A stretch of 64,000 nt of DNA. Source: Andalucia godoyi And28 (lineage: Eukaryota > Protista > Jakobida). Within the stretch, counting starts at the first letter, position 1; every line of letters begins with the position of its first letter. The DNA is taken from assembly GCA_009859145.1 (NCBI GenBank), contig VRVR01000051.1, positions 2,549-66,548 of the forward strand, written 5' to 3'. Both the position numbers and the translations under genes were made by a program. The notes below the pieces were generated by a model. That model did not search any database and was not told the DNA's origin. It saw nothing but the letters and a program-made list of their open reading frames with translations. This document shows, piece after piece, positions 30,999 to 41,180 of this stretch.

Positions 30999-31811
30999 TC
31001 AGAACATCGGCGTACCCGAGATGCTCAGCGGAGCGCTTCCTTTGATGAATTCCGCCATGAAACAAGCAAGATCGGAACTGCACCGCGCCACAAATCCTTC
31101 CTCTCGCGCCAATTCGACTCTTACGAGAATATCGCGTACAGTCTCGCGATCTGCTGCTCCAGCGTCTGCAATCTTGGACAGAAGCGCATGTTCATACTCT
31201 GCTGTGAACTCCGGATGTCCTTGCACGGAAAACGCCCAGTTTCCGTACATTAAACATGCAAATTCGCAGTGCGCCGACCACGCAAGAACCCGCACACCGT
31301 CGCGATGGCAACCATTGCTCGGAGGCAGCTCCACCACTTGATCCTGGTGAACTGCAAACAAGTCCAGTGCGCTTCGCGATTGGATCTGCGAAGAACACTG
31401 CGACAGCGGGTTTTGCGGCGTGGTGGTGTAGGACGATGGGCCCATTCCCCAGCCCTTTCGAGACTTCTCCACGCGTCCCCCAAGCGCGGCCGCGAGAATT
31501 TGGTGTCCAAAGCATATTCCGACGATCTTCTTCCGCTGCGCAGCGCACTTTTGGATAAACGACTCGAGAACGCACATGAACGGCAGCCGGTCGTACACAC
31601 CGTGCGGCGAGCCCGTGATCGCGTATGCATCGCATTCATCAATCGTAGTCGGGAACTCGCCTCGGGTCTCGCATTCATACACACGGAACGAAAATCCGGG
31701 ATCCGCATTCGAAAGCATCACTCGAGTCATCTCGGCATACGTGCCGAACGTCGACGCCAGATCGCTTGTCGGTGACCCGCATGCGAGAATCCCTATGTGC
31801 ATCGTAATCAT
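30999..31811 (-). CDS. Class I glutamine amidotransferase-like protein (gamma-glutamyl peptidase type)
   Basis: ITGSPHGVYD, nucleophile GICFGHQ and QGHPEF. ATG at 31811 or 31802. Confidence 0.9.
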   Translation of the reverse strand: MITMHIGILACGSPTSDLASTFGTYAEMTRVMLSNADPGFSFRVYECETRGEFPTTIDECDAYAITGSPHGVYDRLPFMCVLESFIQKCAAQRKKIVGICFGHQILAAALGGRVEKSRKGWGMGPSSYTTTPQNPLSQCSSQIQSRSALDLFAVHQDQVVELPPSNGCHRDGVRVLAWSAHCEFACLMYGNWAFSVQGHPEFTAEYEHALLSKIADAGAADRETVRDILVRVELAREEGFVARCSSDLACFMAEFIKGSAPLSISGTPMF

Positions 31812-31852
31812 ACCAGCAGCAACTAGCCGAGTCGCAGAAACTCCAGTAGCCA

Positions 31853-31858
<6 letters not shown>

Positions 31859-31936
<78 letters not shown>
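31859..31936. repeat. (CT)n microsatellite, ~39 units, just upstream of the GATase start
   Basis: Perfect dinucleotide run. It produces the spurious ERERER N-terminus in the ORF track. Confidence 0.95.
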
Positions 31937-31939
<3 letters not shown>

Positions 31940-32194
31940 AAACAAAACCAAATGAACATGAAACATGAAACACCCAAGCTCTTATCGCAATAGCCAACAC
32001 AAATAAGAAAAGCACCTCATACGGACTCATATGAGGTCACTTGAGCATTCTTGCGTTATCATCGTTTGTCTTCATTTGTTTCATTATATGAACTTAATGT
32101 TTTATTATTTATTGTATATTTGATGCTGATGTTTCGAGACAGAGACAGTGGGAGGGAGAGAGACAAGTAGGAAAGAGTGGATACGATTGGAGAA

Positions 32195-34643
32195 ATGTCG
32201 AATGCTGCGTCGTCTGTAATCCAGCTGGACAACAGCAAAGCTGGGATGCAGTCTGTTGACAAGGCGACGGTCGAACGAATCATTTATGAAAACTCCAAGC
32301 ATTCGCTGTTTTATCAGCAGCAACAGAAGAGACATGCGCGGACGCAGGATCGGATTCGCCTTTTGCGAGAGAAGAAGGCGAAGCTGGGTGATTTATCTCG
32401 AGACTCTCGACTGATGCACAGTGTTGATCAGATGTTTTCGGCCGCGACGGCAAGGAGAAATGCAATGCTGGACAGGAATGATCTGGAAAGAGGGCTGGTC
32501 GCAGTCGGAACTCCGATATTTGTACATATTGACATGGATATGTTCTATGCTGCAGTGGAAATCCGCGATCAGCCGCACTTGGCGGACGTGCCGATGGGTG
32601 TTGGAGGCGAAGGCATGCTGTGCACGTCAAACTATAAGGCGCGCGAGTTTGGGGTGCGGGCGGCCATGCCTGGGTTTATTGCGCGGAAGCTGTGTCCGCA
32701 GCTTGTGATTGTGCGGCCCAACTTTGACAAGTACACTGCGGTTTGCCACAAGATAAGAACGGTGCTTGCGACGGAGTTCTTGAACTCCAGGGCTGACATG
32801 GAGTGCATCAGTCTGGATGAAGCATCTCTTGACTGGACGCAGTGGGTTGTATCGCAGAAGGAGGCGGTTACGGAAGACGGGACGATGATTTTGTGGGGAA
32901 AAGTAGGGGAACTCGTCGCGAAGATGAGAAGAAGAATCGTGGAAACGGTGCAGGTCACGTGCTCCGTGGGAGTGGGTCCTTCAAAGACGCTGGCAAAAAT
33001 ATGTTCAGAGAAGCGAAAGCCCGATGACCAGTTTCTCTTGTTTCCCCATTCTTCGACGGTGGACGAGTTTCTGTTGCCCATGGAGGTTCGAAAGATCCGG
33101 GGAGTCGGAAAGGTGACGGCACAGATTCTGACGGATGCTTTCGGCGTTCACAAGCTGTCTGATCTGTATGAACAACGGTACTATCTCAAGGCACTGCTGT
33201 CCGATTTGCAGTTTGAGTTTTTGCTCAGCTCGTATCATGGCTGCATCGAAGATCCTGCTTCGTTTGAATCACCAAAGAAGGAGCGAACACTGGACTCGTT
33301 TTTCCGGAGACAGCCCGGTTCACGGAAGACCGCTTCTGTTCTCGACAGCGGCACTGCCGACTCTGCTGAGGATGCGGATTGCAATGACCGTAATCACCAT
33401 GCAACAGATGAGCGTGGTAGCGGTGGCGGCGACGACGACAACGACAACGACGACGACGACGAGAGATGATGATGATGATGATGATGATGATGACGCCGAT
33501 GATGTTGGGGGCGATGCGAAGAAGCCTGGTGAGAATGGTGTGCGTGGAGTTGGGGATGACGGAGAGCTGGAAGTCTACGTCGAAGGCAGAAAAAGCATCT
33601 CCGTCGAACGGACATTTGCGCATACCAACCGGGTGGATGTCATGATGGATACATGCAAGCACCTGTGTCTCAGCCTCGTCAGGGATATCGACCACATTTG
33701 CTCCAAGATCGGGCAGAACCAGGAAATGGTAGGCCGAACCATCACATTGAAGATTAAGACGGATCACTTTGACTCGCTTCAGCGGTCAAAGAGTCTTCCG
33801 TATGCCGTCAGAGACTTTGATTCGCTGTATCACGTTGCTACAGACCTGTTGAAAACTGAGCTGCAGGCACATCACCAGAAACTTTCTCTGCGCCTGATGG
33901 GAGTCCGTCTTTCCAATCTTGAAATTCGCCGGGTGTCCAAGAAACGGGCTGTCTCGTCAGCATCGTCCTCCCGACATACCGTTGCTGACCCAGACGTGGG
34001 TGTGGCAGAATCGGCAAGCGATCCCCAAACTGACTTTGATCGAATAGGTGTTTCCGACGCCAACCCTGGGCCGCACGACAAGCCTTTCGCCAGAGAAGCG
34101 AATTCTTCCGGCATTGCGTTGGACACGAATATCGATGACGACGAGAGCATGTGTGATCATGAGCTGGAGACGTCGTTTGACGACACTGCGCTGGATTCGC
34201 TGCTTGCGGATACTGTGCACGCAGAGAATTCATCAGCGGCGTCTCGACTGACCTCAGTTGTTCTGGATGAAAGCAAGATGAAGTTGGCTACAACAGCCAC
34301 GTCGACGACGGCCGCAACTCCAACGACGTTGACGACGACGACGTTCCCAAAGACAGCAGACTTGGTGTTCATTTGCTGTCCAGTATGTGGTAAGCGTGAC
34401 AAATCCTTCGTCGATAATGATGCGCTGAATCGCCACATTGACTATTGTTTGAATCGTGAAGCCGTTGCATCCGCGACGTCACTGGCCGAGGACAGCTCTT
34501 GCCAACACGCGCCTCACCAAACCGTCGCCTCTTCTTCCAAGTCTACTAGCCCCGTGCAGAAGAAGAAGCAGAAACAGAAGCAGTCGGATGCAGGGTCTTC
34601 AGAGAAAGTGGATATTTTGTCGTTCTTTGCAAGGAAGATGTAG
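32195..34643 (+). CDS. POLK: Y-family DNA polymerase kappa (DinB), with a frame break at ~33465
   Basis: KAGMQSVDK, HIDMDMFYAAVE, CTSNYKAREFGVRAAMPGFIA and ISLDEA in the first frame. RKSISVERTF, GRTITLKIK, LRLMGVRLS, UBZ (CPVC...LNRHIDYCL) and PIP-like DILSFF in the second frame. Confidence 0.9.
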
Positions 34644-34764
34644 TCGCAGCCGCGAAATGTTTTTGTTTTTGTTTGCATACACACGGCCTGTCAGTCTCAG
34701 CGATGCTCTCTATTTATTAAACTGTTGCTACGCTGTTTCTTTTCGCGGCGTCTACTACAGATTG

Positions 34765-36027
34765 CTACGCAAGCGCAAGAGAAAACGTGTGACCCGTGCC
34801 AATGTCCAATACATGGACCCCATGAAGTGCATCTACTGCGGTAAGACTGTATCGATCGAGATCATCGCCGTGCCCAAGTTGCATGTGAGTGTTCGCACCT
34901 GCGGAAAAAACCCGACCATCCGAGCTCAACACAAGGGAATGTTGCCAGGACTGACGGACCGCAACAATCCGCGGCGCATGCTCCAACTGAAATGCATGAT
35001 ATCCGGTTGGCTCTCGAACGACCTCACCATCTGCAAGACCCAAGCATCCATGATCATTCATTCCCCATCCCATCAGCGATCCTCGCTGCGAAAGTGCCAT
35101 CGTCGACGACCCGCCAGCGGACACATCCTTCATCGCCATGTTGTCGCTGAGCTCCAAACGCACAGGCCGCAAAGCGAGTCCCGTCTGCAACCGGTCCTTT
35201 GCAATTTTTCCAAGCTGGTGATAGCTGTTATCACCCCAGCTCCACATCCTTCCCTTCTTATCAATCGCCACAGTATGACACATGCCGCACGAAACACGAC
35301 TGAACAACACTGGCTCTCCAGGCTGCCCAGGCTCTCTGGGTTGTCGATGCTCGTGTAGATTGGCATCCTCCAAAATGTCATCCAAAGCAGTGGGTTCTTT
35401 TGTCATCCCGCTTGTTTTTCCGAGTCCCGTCTTCCCTTGCTGGTTGCTCCCATACAAATACAATTTTCCTGATTTTGTGAGGATTGCGCCGTGGTCTGCC
35501 GCCACGGACACCTGGACTGCTCCGTCCCCACCGTGCTGCCGATGGCACGCAGCATCGAAGACCAAGACTGGTTTTCGGATCTTGTTTCCCATAAAATCTC
35601 GTCCAGCATGCCACACATTTCCCTGCTGTGTAAGGAACAGAGTAGAAAAGTGGCCGCAAGCAACATCCACTATCCAGTCGTCGTCGTCGCCGAGGTGGTG
35701 GCTCGTAGACGATACCCATGACTTCTTGGTCCTGGAGAACAGCGGATCGACACTCCATTTTTGACGTTCCGAGGTGTTGCGATCCTCGATGCCGAGCTGG
35801 AAGTCATCGTTGAGCCCCCATCCAAACACCTGGTTGTCCGTCGTAATGAGCACTGCATGAGCTCCACCACACGAAAACCGTCGGATGCCCTGCGGAAACA
35901 GCGCATTCGGAACGCTCGTTGGAACTCTCAGCTCGGCACAGGCACTTCGCGGAATGCCCAGCTGCCCACACGAATTGCTGCCCCATGCATACAAGCGCGT
36001 TGCGAACCCGAATCCTCTCGCACCCAT
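34765..36027 (-). CDS. RCC1 repeat beta-propeller protein
   Basis: Repeated xCGxxHxxxxxxxGxxxxWGxNxxGQLG units. Confidence 0.9.
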   Translation of the reverse strand: MGARGFGFATRLYAWGSNSCGQLGIPRSACAELRVPTSVPNALFPQGIRRFSCGGAHAVLITTDNQVFGWGLNDDFQLGIEDRNTSERQKWSVDPLFSRTKKSWVSSTSHHLGDDDDWIVDVACGHFSTLFLTQQGNVWHAGRDFMGNKIRKPVLVFDAACHRQHGGDGAVQVSVAADHGAILTKSGKLYLYGSNQQGKTGLGKTSGMTKEPTALDDILEDANLHEHRQPREPGQPGEPVLFSRVSCGMCHTVAIDKKGRMWSWGDNSYHQLGKIAKDRLQTGLALRPVRLELSDNMAMKDVSAGGSSTMALSQRGSLMGWGMNDHGCLGLADGEVVREPTGYHAFQLEHAPRIVAVRQSWQHSLVLSSDGRVFSAGANTHMQLGHGDDLDRYSLTAVDALHGVHVLDIGTGHTFSLALA

Positions 36028-36531
36028 CGTATCTTCTTCTTCTTATTATTATTATTATTATGATGATGATTATGATGATGATGATTATGATGATGATGAT
36101 GATGATGATGATGATGGTTATAATGATGGTTATTGGTTATTCTTTCCTTTGTTTGCTTTCCCTGCTTCCGTCCACCGTCCTCCGTCTCCTGATAAAGCCT
36201 TCATTAGTGCGTCTTCTTTTTCTTTTTCTTTTTCTTTTTCTTGTTTTTGTTTTTTGCTTCAGTTTTTGTTTTTGTTTTTCAAGTGGAAAACGCTTGCGAT
36301 ACACTGCATCAATACTAATCGATTCTAATTGATACTATTGCGATGCTGCATGGCAATCAAATCCTGCGAATCGATCCTCTTGAGGGGTGCACGACGATAA
36401 CAAAATCAAGAAGAAATATTAAAACAGACTTTCGAAAAAAAACCGCGGAAGTACTGTTATTTAGTTATAACTGGAAGGAAAGACGATGAAAAAACGAAAT
36501 AAAACGCAATAAGAATAGTTCAAAAGCTGCA

Positions 36532-36685
36532 AACGCCTACATTATACACTGAGCATGCATATCTACGAATAGACATGCATACTCAATCTTGCGTCCCGTT
36601 GCTGGGAAGGGGATAGGCCCCAACACACCTCTCTGCGTTCTTCAGATAAATGTTCCGCGCTCCGTTCCCAATCTCGATCAATCTG
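36532..36685 (-). ncRNA. Putative omega-RNA scaffold of Fanzor copy 1
   Basis: Overlaps the ORF 3' end and runs to the element end, with a 12-bp stem and UUCG loop (36554-36581) conserved in copy 2. That it is an RNA is inferred by analogy to TnpB/Fanzor loci. Confidence 0.6.
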
Positions 36686-37065
36686 CGAGCTACACGCGGG
36701 ACATGCAAACACTTTGCTGCTTCCGCCTCGACGTGCATGGATCTCACCGCAGCGCCCGCACGTTTTGGACGTGTACTCCTCCGTCACGATGGCAACATGG
36801 CGCTCGCGATACTCGGTCGCCTTACGGAACAGACGTTGCAAAAAGTGAAACCAAAAAAAGTGAAACCAACGAATGGTAGAATAGATGGCTACGGATGCTG
36901 CGTTAAAGAGTGTCAAAAATGCAGAGCCTGTATCACAGGCTGAATTCTGGCCGAGCGTGCGTAAGCACGAGTTCCTGTGAAACAAAACGTGCTGATGTCG
37001 GCCAGTGTCGACCGTGTCTGTTTATGGATACTTTCCGTATGCGTGACAATGGCGTGTTGTTATTC
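36532..37065 (-). mobile_element. Non-autonomous Fanzor2/TnpB element, copy 1 (left end + C-terminal ORF remnant + omega-RNA-like right end)
   Basis: FLQRLFRKATEY...IVTEEYTSKTCGRCG...SKVFACPACSSQIDRDW, then after a 1-nt shift NGARNIYLKN. Both ends are homologous to 62975-63587. Confidence 0.9.
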
Positions 37066-37315
37066 AACGGTTCTCTGCACCAAAAAAAGTCAGGTAAAGC
37101 TGAAGCTGAAAACTCGCTTTGATGGCGTTTCACGAGAACAGTATTTTTGCAACAACATCAATAATAATTATAATAATAATAATAGTAACAACCAGATTAA
37201 TAAGAATAAGAATAATAACAACAAATAACAGCAAAGGATAGCATCGCATCAAACTGCGGTAACAGCAAGAGTTAACGAGAAAAGCAGCAAGAGAGGTGAT
37301 TCATCTGCGGTTGAG

Positions 37316-39133
37316 ATGACTCGTGGGTGTTTTGGGTTTTTGAGTCGAAGCGGGCGACAATCGCAGGACAGCAGAGAGAGACAAGTAAGGAGCAGTAGTG
37401 TACAGGGTGCAGTTGAGAAGCAGCGAGTGCGAGGGGATAGTGACGGGTCCGTGGAAGCGGGAGCAAAGCAAGAAGGAGCGCTTGAAGTTCAGAATGCGGC
37501 GACATCTGTGCAAAAGGTAATGAAGCAAAATGCCGTGCTAATGTCGCGTTTGGAGTCGTTGGAGCTGCAGCGAGTCAAAGACAAGCAGGCGATGGCGTCA
37601 TTGACATGCACACTGGCGTCGCAACATGCACGCATTCAAACTCTGGAGCAGCAGCAGCAGCGGCAGCTCGAGTCCGTTGATGCGGATGCTGGGATGATGC
37701 TGCGCAAAGTCAAGGATCTGGAGTGGCAGCTTCAGGTGGTGCAACGGAGACTGGACGCGCAGTCCACATTGATCACGTCTCCGTTCATGAACACCAGCTG
37801 CACCTCTTCACCGCTCGTACTACCACTGCAGCATCACCAAGGAATGAAGCCGGGGCATCGACAGAGTGGTGATGTGGTCGGTAAGAGTGGTCGTGGCCCC
37901 AGTAATGACGGCAATGATGATCGCGATGGTCGCGATGACGGTGATGCCGTCGTTGATTTAAAGGCGTTTGCGCAAAAAAGCCCGCTGTTCACGAACGGGC
38001 GTCCTCGACAACGACACCTGTTCAGCGACTCGGAGAATGGCTACTTGCCTTTTCCAGCTGAGCAGCCACAACAACCAGACATCGGGATGATGATGATGAC
38101 GGCGAACATGGCGAATGATGAAAACATCGATCCAGTGCAAATCAGCTTCAAGGAAAAAGATGATGAAGATGATGCGGGACAAGTTGGACAAGACGAGCGA
38201 GAAGAGGGACATAGTGTGGTTCGAGCATCCAGTCGACTTGTTCTTGGTGAGCTCAATTCTGCAATGGCGAGCATCACTCGGTCTGTGCATCTCGATTCGC
38301 CTCCACCTCTGCCTTTTCAAGACCTGCAAAAGAGGAAGAAAAGCGGGCATTCGCGGAAGACGGTTTCTCCGATCACCGTCGAGTTTTCTCGGCAGGTATT
38401 CGCGACCGTCTTTGGATGGCTCCAAGCAGCCAGCGCAGCGGAGTGCGCACAAGACTCTTCCCGCGCCGTCTCCCTGCTCACTTCCGCAGCAGCCATCGGA
38501 CTCTCGCCGCAGGACGCGCTGTTGGTGGAGTTGGTTTGCAAACACCCCGCATCTGTTGCTGCAACACGACTTGTATCGAATCTCGATGCCGGCGAGCGTC
38601 CTCTGCCTCGTACCACAACTGTGTCCCCGATGCAGGTGGTGATGGAGCACATCGCAAGTCTGCAACTCACCACTCTCATCGCTACGAGTGTGCAAACGAC
38701 AGCGACGCCAGCCACAGCGACGACGATGATGACACAACTTCACGTCATGCGGTCTCAAGAGGAAATCAAGGAGCTCTTAGCTTCCTGCTGCTCGTCATCC
38801 GCCGTGTCCGCGTCATTTGCCACGCTGGGGTCCGAGGAGCACAGCACTCTCTTCACGGAACGGTTTTCAATGTTTTCGAGCGCGGCTGCCAACCAGCGCC
38901 TTGCGATCGGGTTCTACGCCATGCACTGCTGCGTCGAAGCGCTTGTTCGTGACGGAAAATGCTCTGAGAAAAGAGCCATCTTTCCAGGTTTCAGCGGTCA
39001 CTCGCACTCGGAGCTGGAGCTGGAGTTGGAGTTGGGCAGCAGCAGCAGCAGCAGCAGCATCGTGACCGTGTTCCCTGGAATCGACTCGTTTCCACCGACT
39101 GCACCGCAACGTGCAAGAATTCAACGCTTGTAA
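37316..39133 (+). CDS. Hypothetical protein with an N-terminal coiled coil
   Basis: 605-aa ATG-initiated ORF with a heptad-rich segment (aa ~55-150); no family recognised. Confidence 0.7.
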   Translation: MTRGCFGFLSRSGRQSQDSRERQVRSSSVQGAVEKQRVRGDSDGSVEAGAKQEGALEVQNAATSVQKVMKQNAVLMSRLESLELQRVKDKQAMASLTCTLASQHARIQTLEQQQQRQLESVDADAGMMLRKVKDLEWQLQVVQRRLDAQSTLITSPFMNTSCTSSPLVLPLQHHQGMKPGHRQSGDVVGKSGRGPSNDGNDDRDGRDDGDAVVDLKAFAQKSPLFTNGRPRQRHLFSDSENGYLPFPAEQPQQPDIGMMMMTANMANDENIDPVQISFKEKDDEDDAGQVGQDEREEGHSVVRASSRLVLGELNSAMASITRSVHLDSPPPLPFQDLQKRKKSGHSRKTVSPITVEFSRQVFATVFGWLQAASAAECAQDSSRAVSLLTSAAAIGLSPQDALLVELVCKHPASVAATRLVSNLDAGERPLPRTTTVSPMQVVMEHIASLQLTTLIATSVQTTATPATATTMMTQLHVMRSQEEIKELLASCCSSSAVSASFATLGSEEHSTLFTERFSMFSSAAANQRLAIGFYAMHCCVEALVRDGKCSEKRAIFPGFSGHSHSELELELELGSSSSSSSIVTVFPGIDSFPPTAPQRARIQRL

Positions 39134-39347
39134 AGAAATTGAAAAATGAATCCCTCCTTTTGAGGCTGCACTTGAGGTGCTGTAGTTCAGTGTCGCCTTC
39201 TTTTTTGCTTCCCAAGTGTCCTTCGAAGAATACTTTCCTCTTCTTGTTCACTATTCCCTATAATTTCTTTTTCTTAATGATGATTTCTTGGTTATTTATT
39301 ATTATTATTATTATTATTTTTAAATTTCTCTCAAGCTGCTGGATGAC

Positions 39348-40346
39348 ATGTCCTCAATTGTACTGAGTGCAGAGAGCATATCGCGGTTCAGTCCGGCACA
39401 TGTATTCTCGGAAGCGCATCAGGCCATCACGAGTCTGAGCTTCTCTTCGTCCGGATCGCACATAGTGTCGACATCTCTCGATTCGTCGCTTTCACTTTAC
39501 GACGCGCAGACGGCGACGTGTCGGTGCACGCTCTACAGCCGCTCGTCGGGTGCGTCGCATGCGGTGCTGGTGCACGACTCCCATGCCGCGCTTTATGCAC
39601 CTACCACAGGCCGCGACGACGCCATCCGACTGCTGTCCTTCGCCGACAACCGCGTTCTCGCGGAGTTCCACGGCCACCGCGACCGCATCACCTCACTCAA
39701 GCTCGCCACCTCCTCGGCCGACGGTGCCGACTCCTTCTTCTCGGCCTCGCGCGACGGCACCGTGCGGCTGTGGGATCTCCGAGATCCAAAATGCCACGGT
39801 CTCTTGCGACTGCCCACTCCAACCCCCGCATCTTCCACCACCAGCACGACTGCGGCGGCGGGGGACATCAGCGTCGAGACGGACCCCGAGGGTAAGGTGG
39901 CGGTTGTGGCGCGTGGGGCATCGGTTCTGTTCTACGACGTGCGCAACATGAGCGCGGGGCCGTTTCGCACGGTGGTGCAGGAGGCGCTGGGCGGGCTGAC
40001 CCACGTCGATGCACTTTGCTTTACATCCGATGCGCAGCGTCTGGTGCACGTCGCCGACGATGGAGTGCGTGTTCTGGATGGGGTCTCCGGCAAGGTGCTG
40101 CGCGTGCTAGCGGTCTGGGAAACACGGGTCCGAGGTGCAGCCGCAAACGCATCGCCAGATTCAAAGTTTGTCGTCGCAGGAACGGACGACGGCGGCGTTC
40201 GTGTATGGGACATGGACTCCGGCGCTGAAGTACGAGCATGGGCAAAAGTGCATCCCGGCGCCGTCCGATGCGCTGCATGGAGCCCACGAAACGCCCTCTT
40301 TGCCACCGCATGCGCAAACATTGCCCTTTGGATCCCCGCCGAATAA
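39348..40346 (+). CDS. WDR82: WD40 protein WDR82/Swd2 (COMPASS)
   Basis: ITSLSFSSSGSHIV, DAIRLLSFADNRVLAEFHGHRDRITSL and FFSASRDGTVRLWDLR...CHGLL. Confidence 0.8.
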   Translation: MSSIVLSAESISRFSPAHVFSEAHQAITSLSFSSSGSHIVSTSLDSSLSLYDAQTATCRCTLYSRSSGASHAVLVHDSHAALYAPTTGRDDAIRLLSFADNRVLAEFHGHRDRITSLKLATSSADGADSFFSASRDGTVRLWDLRDPKCHGLLRLPTPTPASSTTSTTAAAGDISVETDPEGKVAVVARGASVLFYDVRNMSAGPFRTVVQEALGGLTHVDALCFTSDAQRLVHVADDGVRVLDGVSGKVLRVLAVWETRVRGAAANASPDSKFVVAGTDDGGVRVWDMDSGAEVRAWAKVHPGAVRCAAWSPRNALFATACANIALWIPAE

Positions 40347-40455
40347 AGGTAACAAAATCAATATAATCATTCTTTTATCATTACTGTTTTTTATGTTTTT
40401 TAAATTATTAAATACTGATGTTTTAAATATTTGAAAACAAAACAAAAAAATTAAG

Positions 40456-40553
40456 CGACACGAACAGGATTCGAACCTGCGCGGGAAATCCCAATCGATG
40501 ATCTAGTTGAAATGAATTCTAGTCGAACGCCTTAACCGCTCGGCCATCGTGTC
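40456..40553 (-). tRNA. trnS-AGA: tRNA-Ser(AGA) with a 17-nt canonical-position intron
   Basis: GACACGATGGCCGAGCGGTTAAGGCG-TTCGA-CTAGAA-[TTCATTTCAACTAGATC]-ATCGAT-TGGGATTTCCCG (long variable arm)-CGCAGGTTCGAATCCTG-TTCGTGTCG, followed by a T-run. Confidence 0.93.
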
Positions 40554-41180
40554 TCCACACTTGTCCTGCTGACTCTGTTCTTCATAGATATCCTCACTCT
40601 CTGCTATAGAAACCCCGCCCTCCATTCTGAAAGCCACTACGCGTCTTTTTCTCGTTGAGCTTTCTTCTGTCTGTTTCTTGTTTCTTCGATATCCCATTTT
40701 AGTTGGTCGCTTTTGCAGAAACCAAAGAAAAGACATCCGAAACTGCGCAATGAGACCAATTTGTGAATACGGTATGTCCAGTTCCACTTGATCTGTCAAA
40801 TATTCCCACAGAAAACAAAAGAAGAAAAATATATGTATGTGACACCGTGTCGTCTAATGATCATCCATCTGTCCATCTATCCATGTGTTGGTGAATTGCG
40901 CATTGCTCAGCCCCGTTCGTCCTGTACGAGTACATTGATCCAACGTTTCCAAAGCAAAGCGTTTGTATTTTCATATCCTTTTTTTTATTTAATTTTTTCT
41001 GTTGTTGTTCCTCCCCTTCCTCACATGCATTTTTCAGTGGTCGCGCATACTCATTACTCACTGTTTTGCTGTTGGGTTCGTGGTCATTGGTTGCTTTGTT
41101 GTTGTTTTAATATTATAATTTTGTTTGAGAGGAGAGGGTAGCAAAATGCAATTGCGGATGATGGAGACTCGAGCAATTCG

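Noticed and set aside
36040-36300. Regular repeats that might suggest a CRISPR-like array
   Set aside because: They are plain (ATT)n, (GAT)n and (TTTTTC)n microsatellites with no unique spacers; no repeat-spacer array was found anywhere in the window.
40560-41140. Small ORFs and GTATGT donor-like sites between tRNA-Ser and the SPT7-like gene
   Set aside because: No coherent exon structure or recognisable product could be built.
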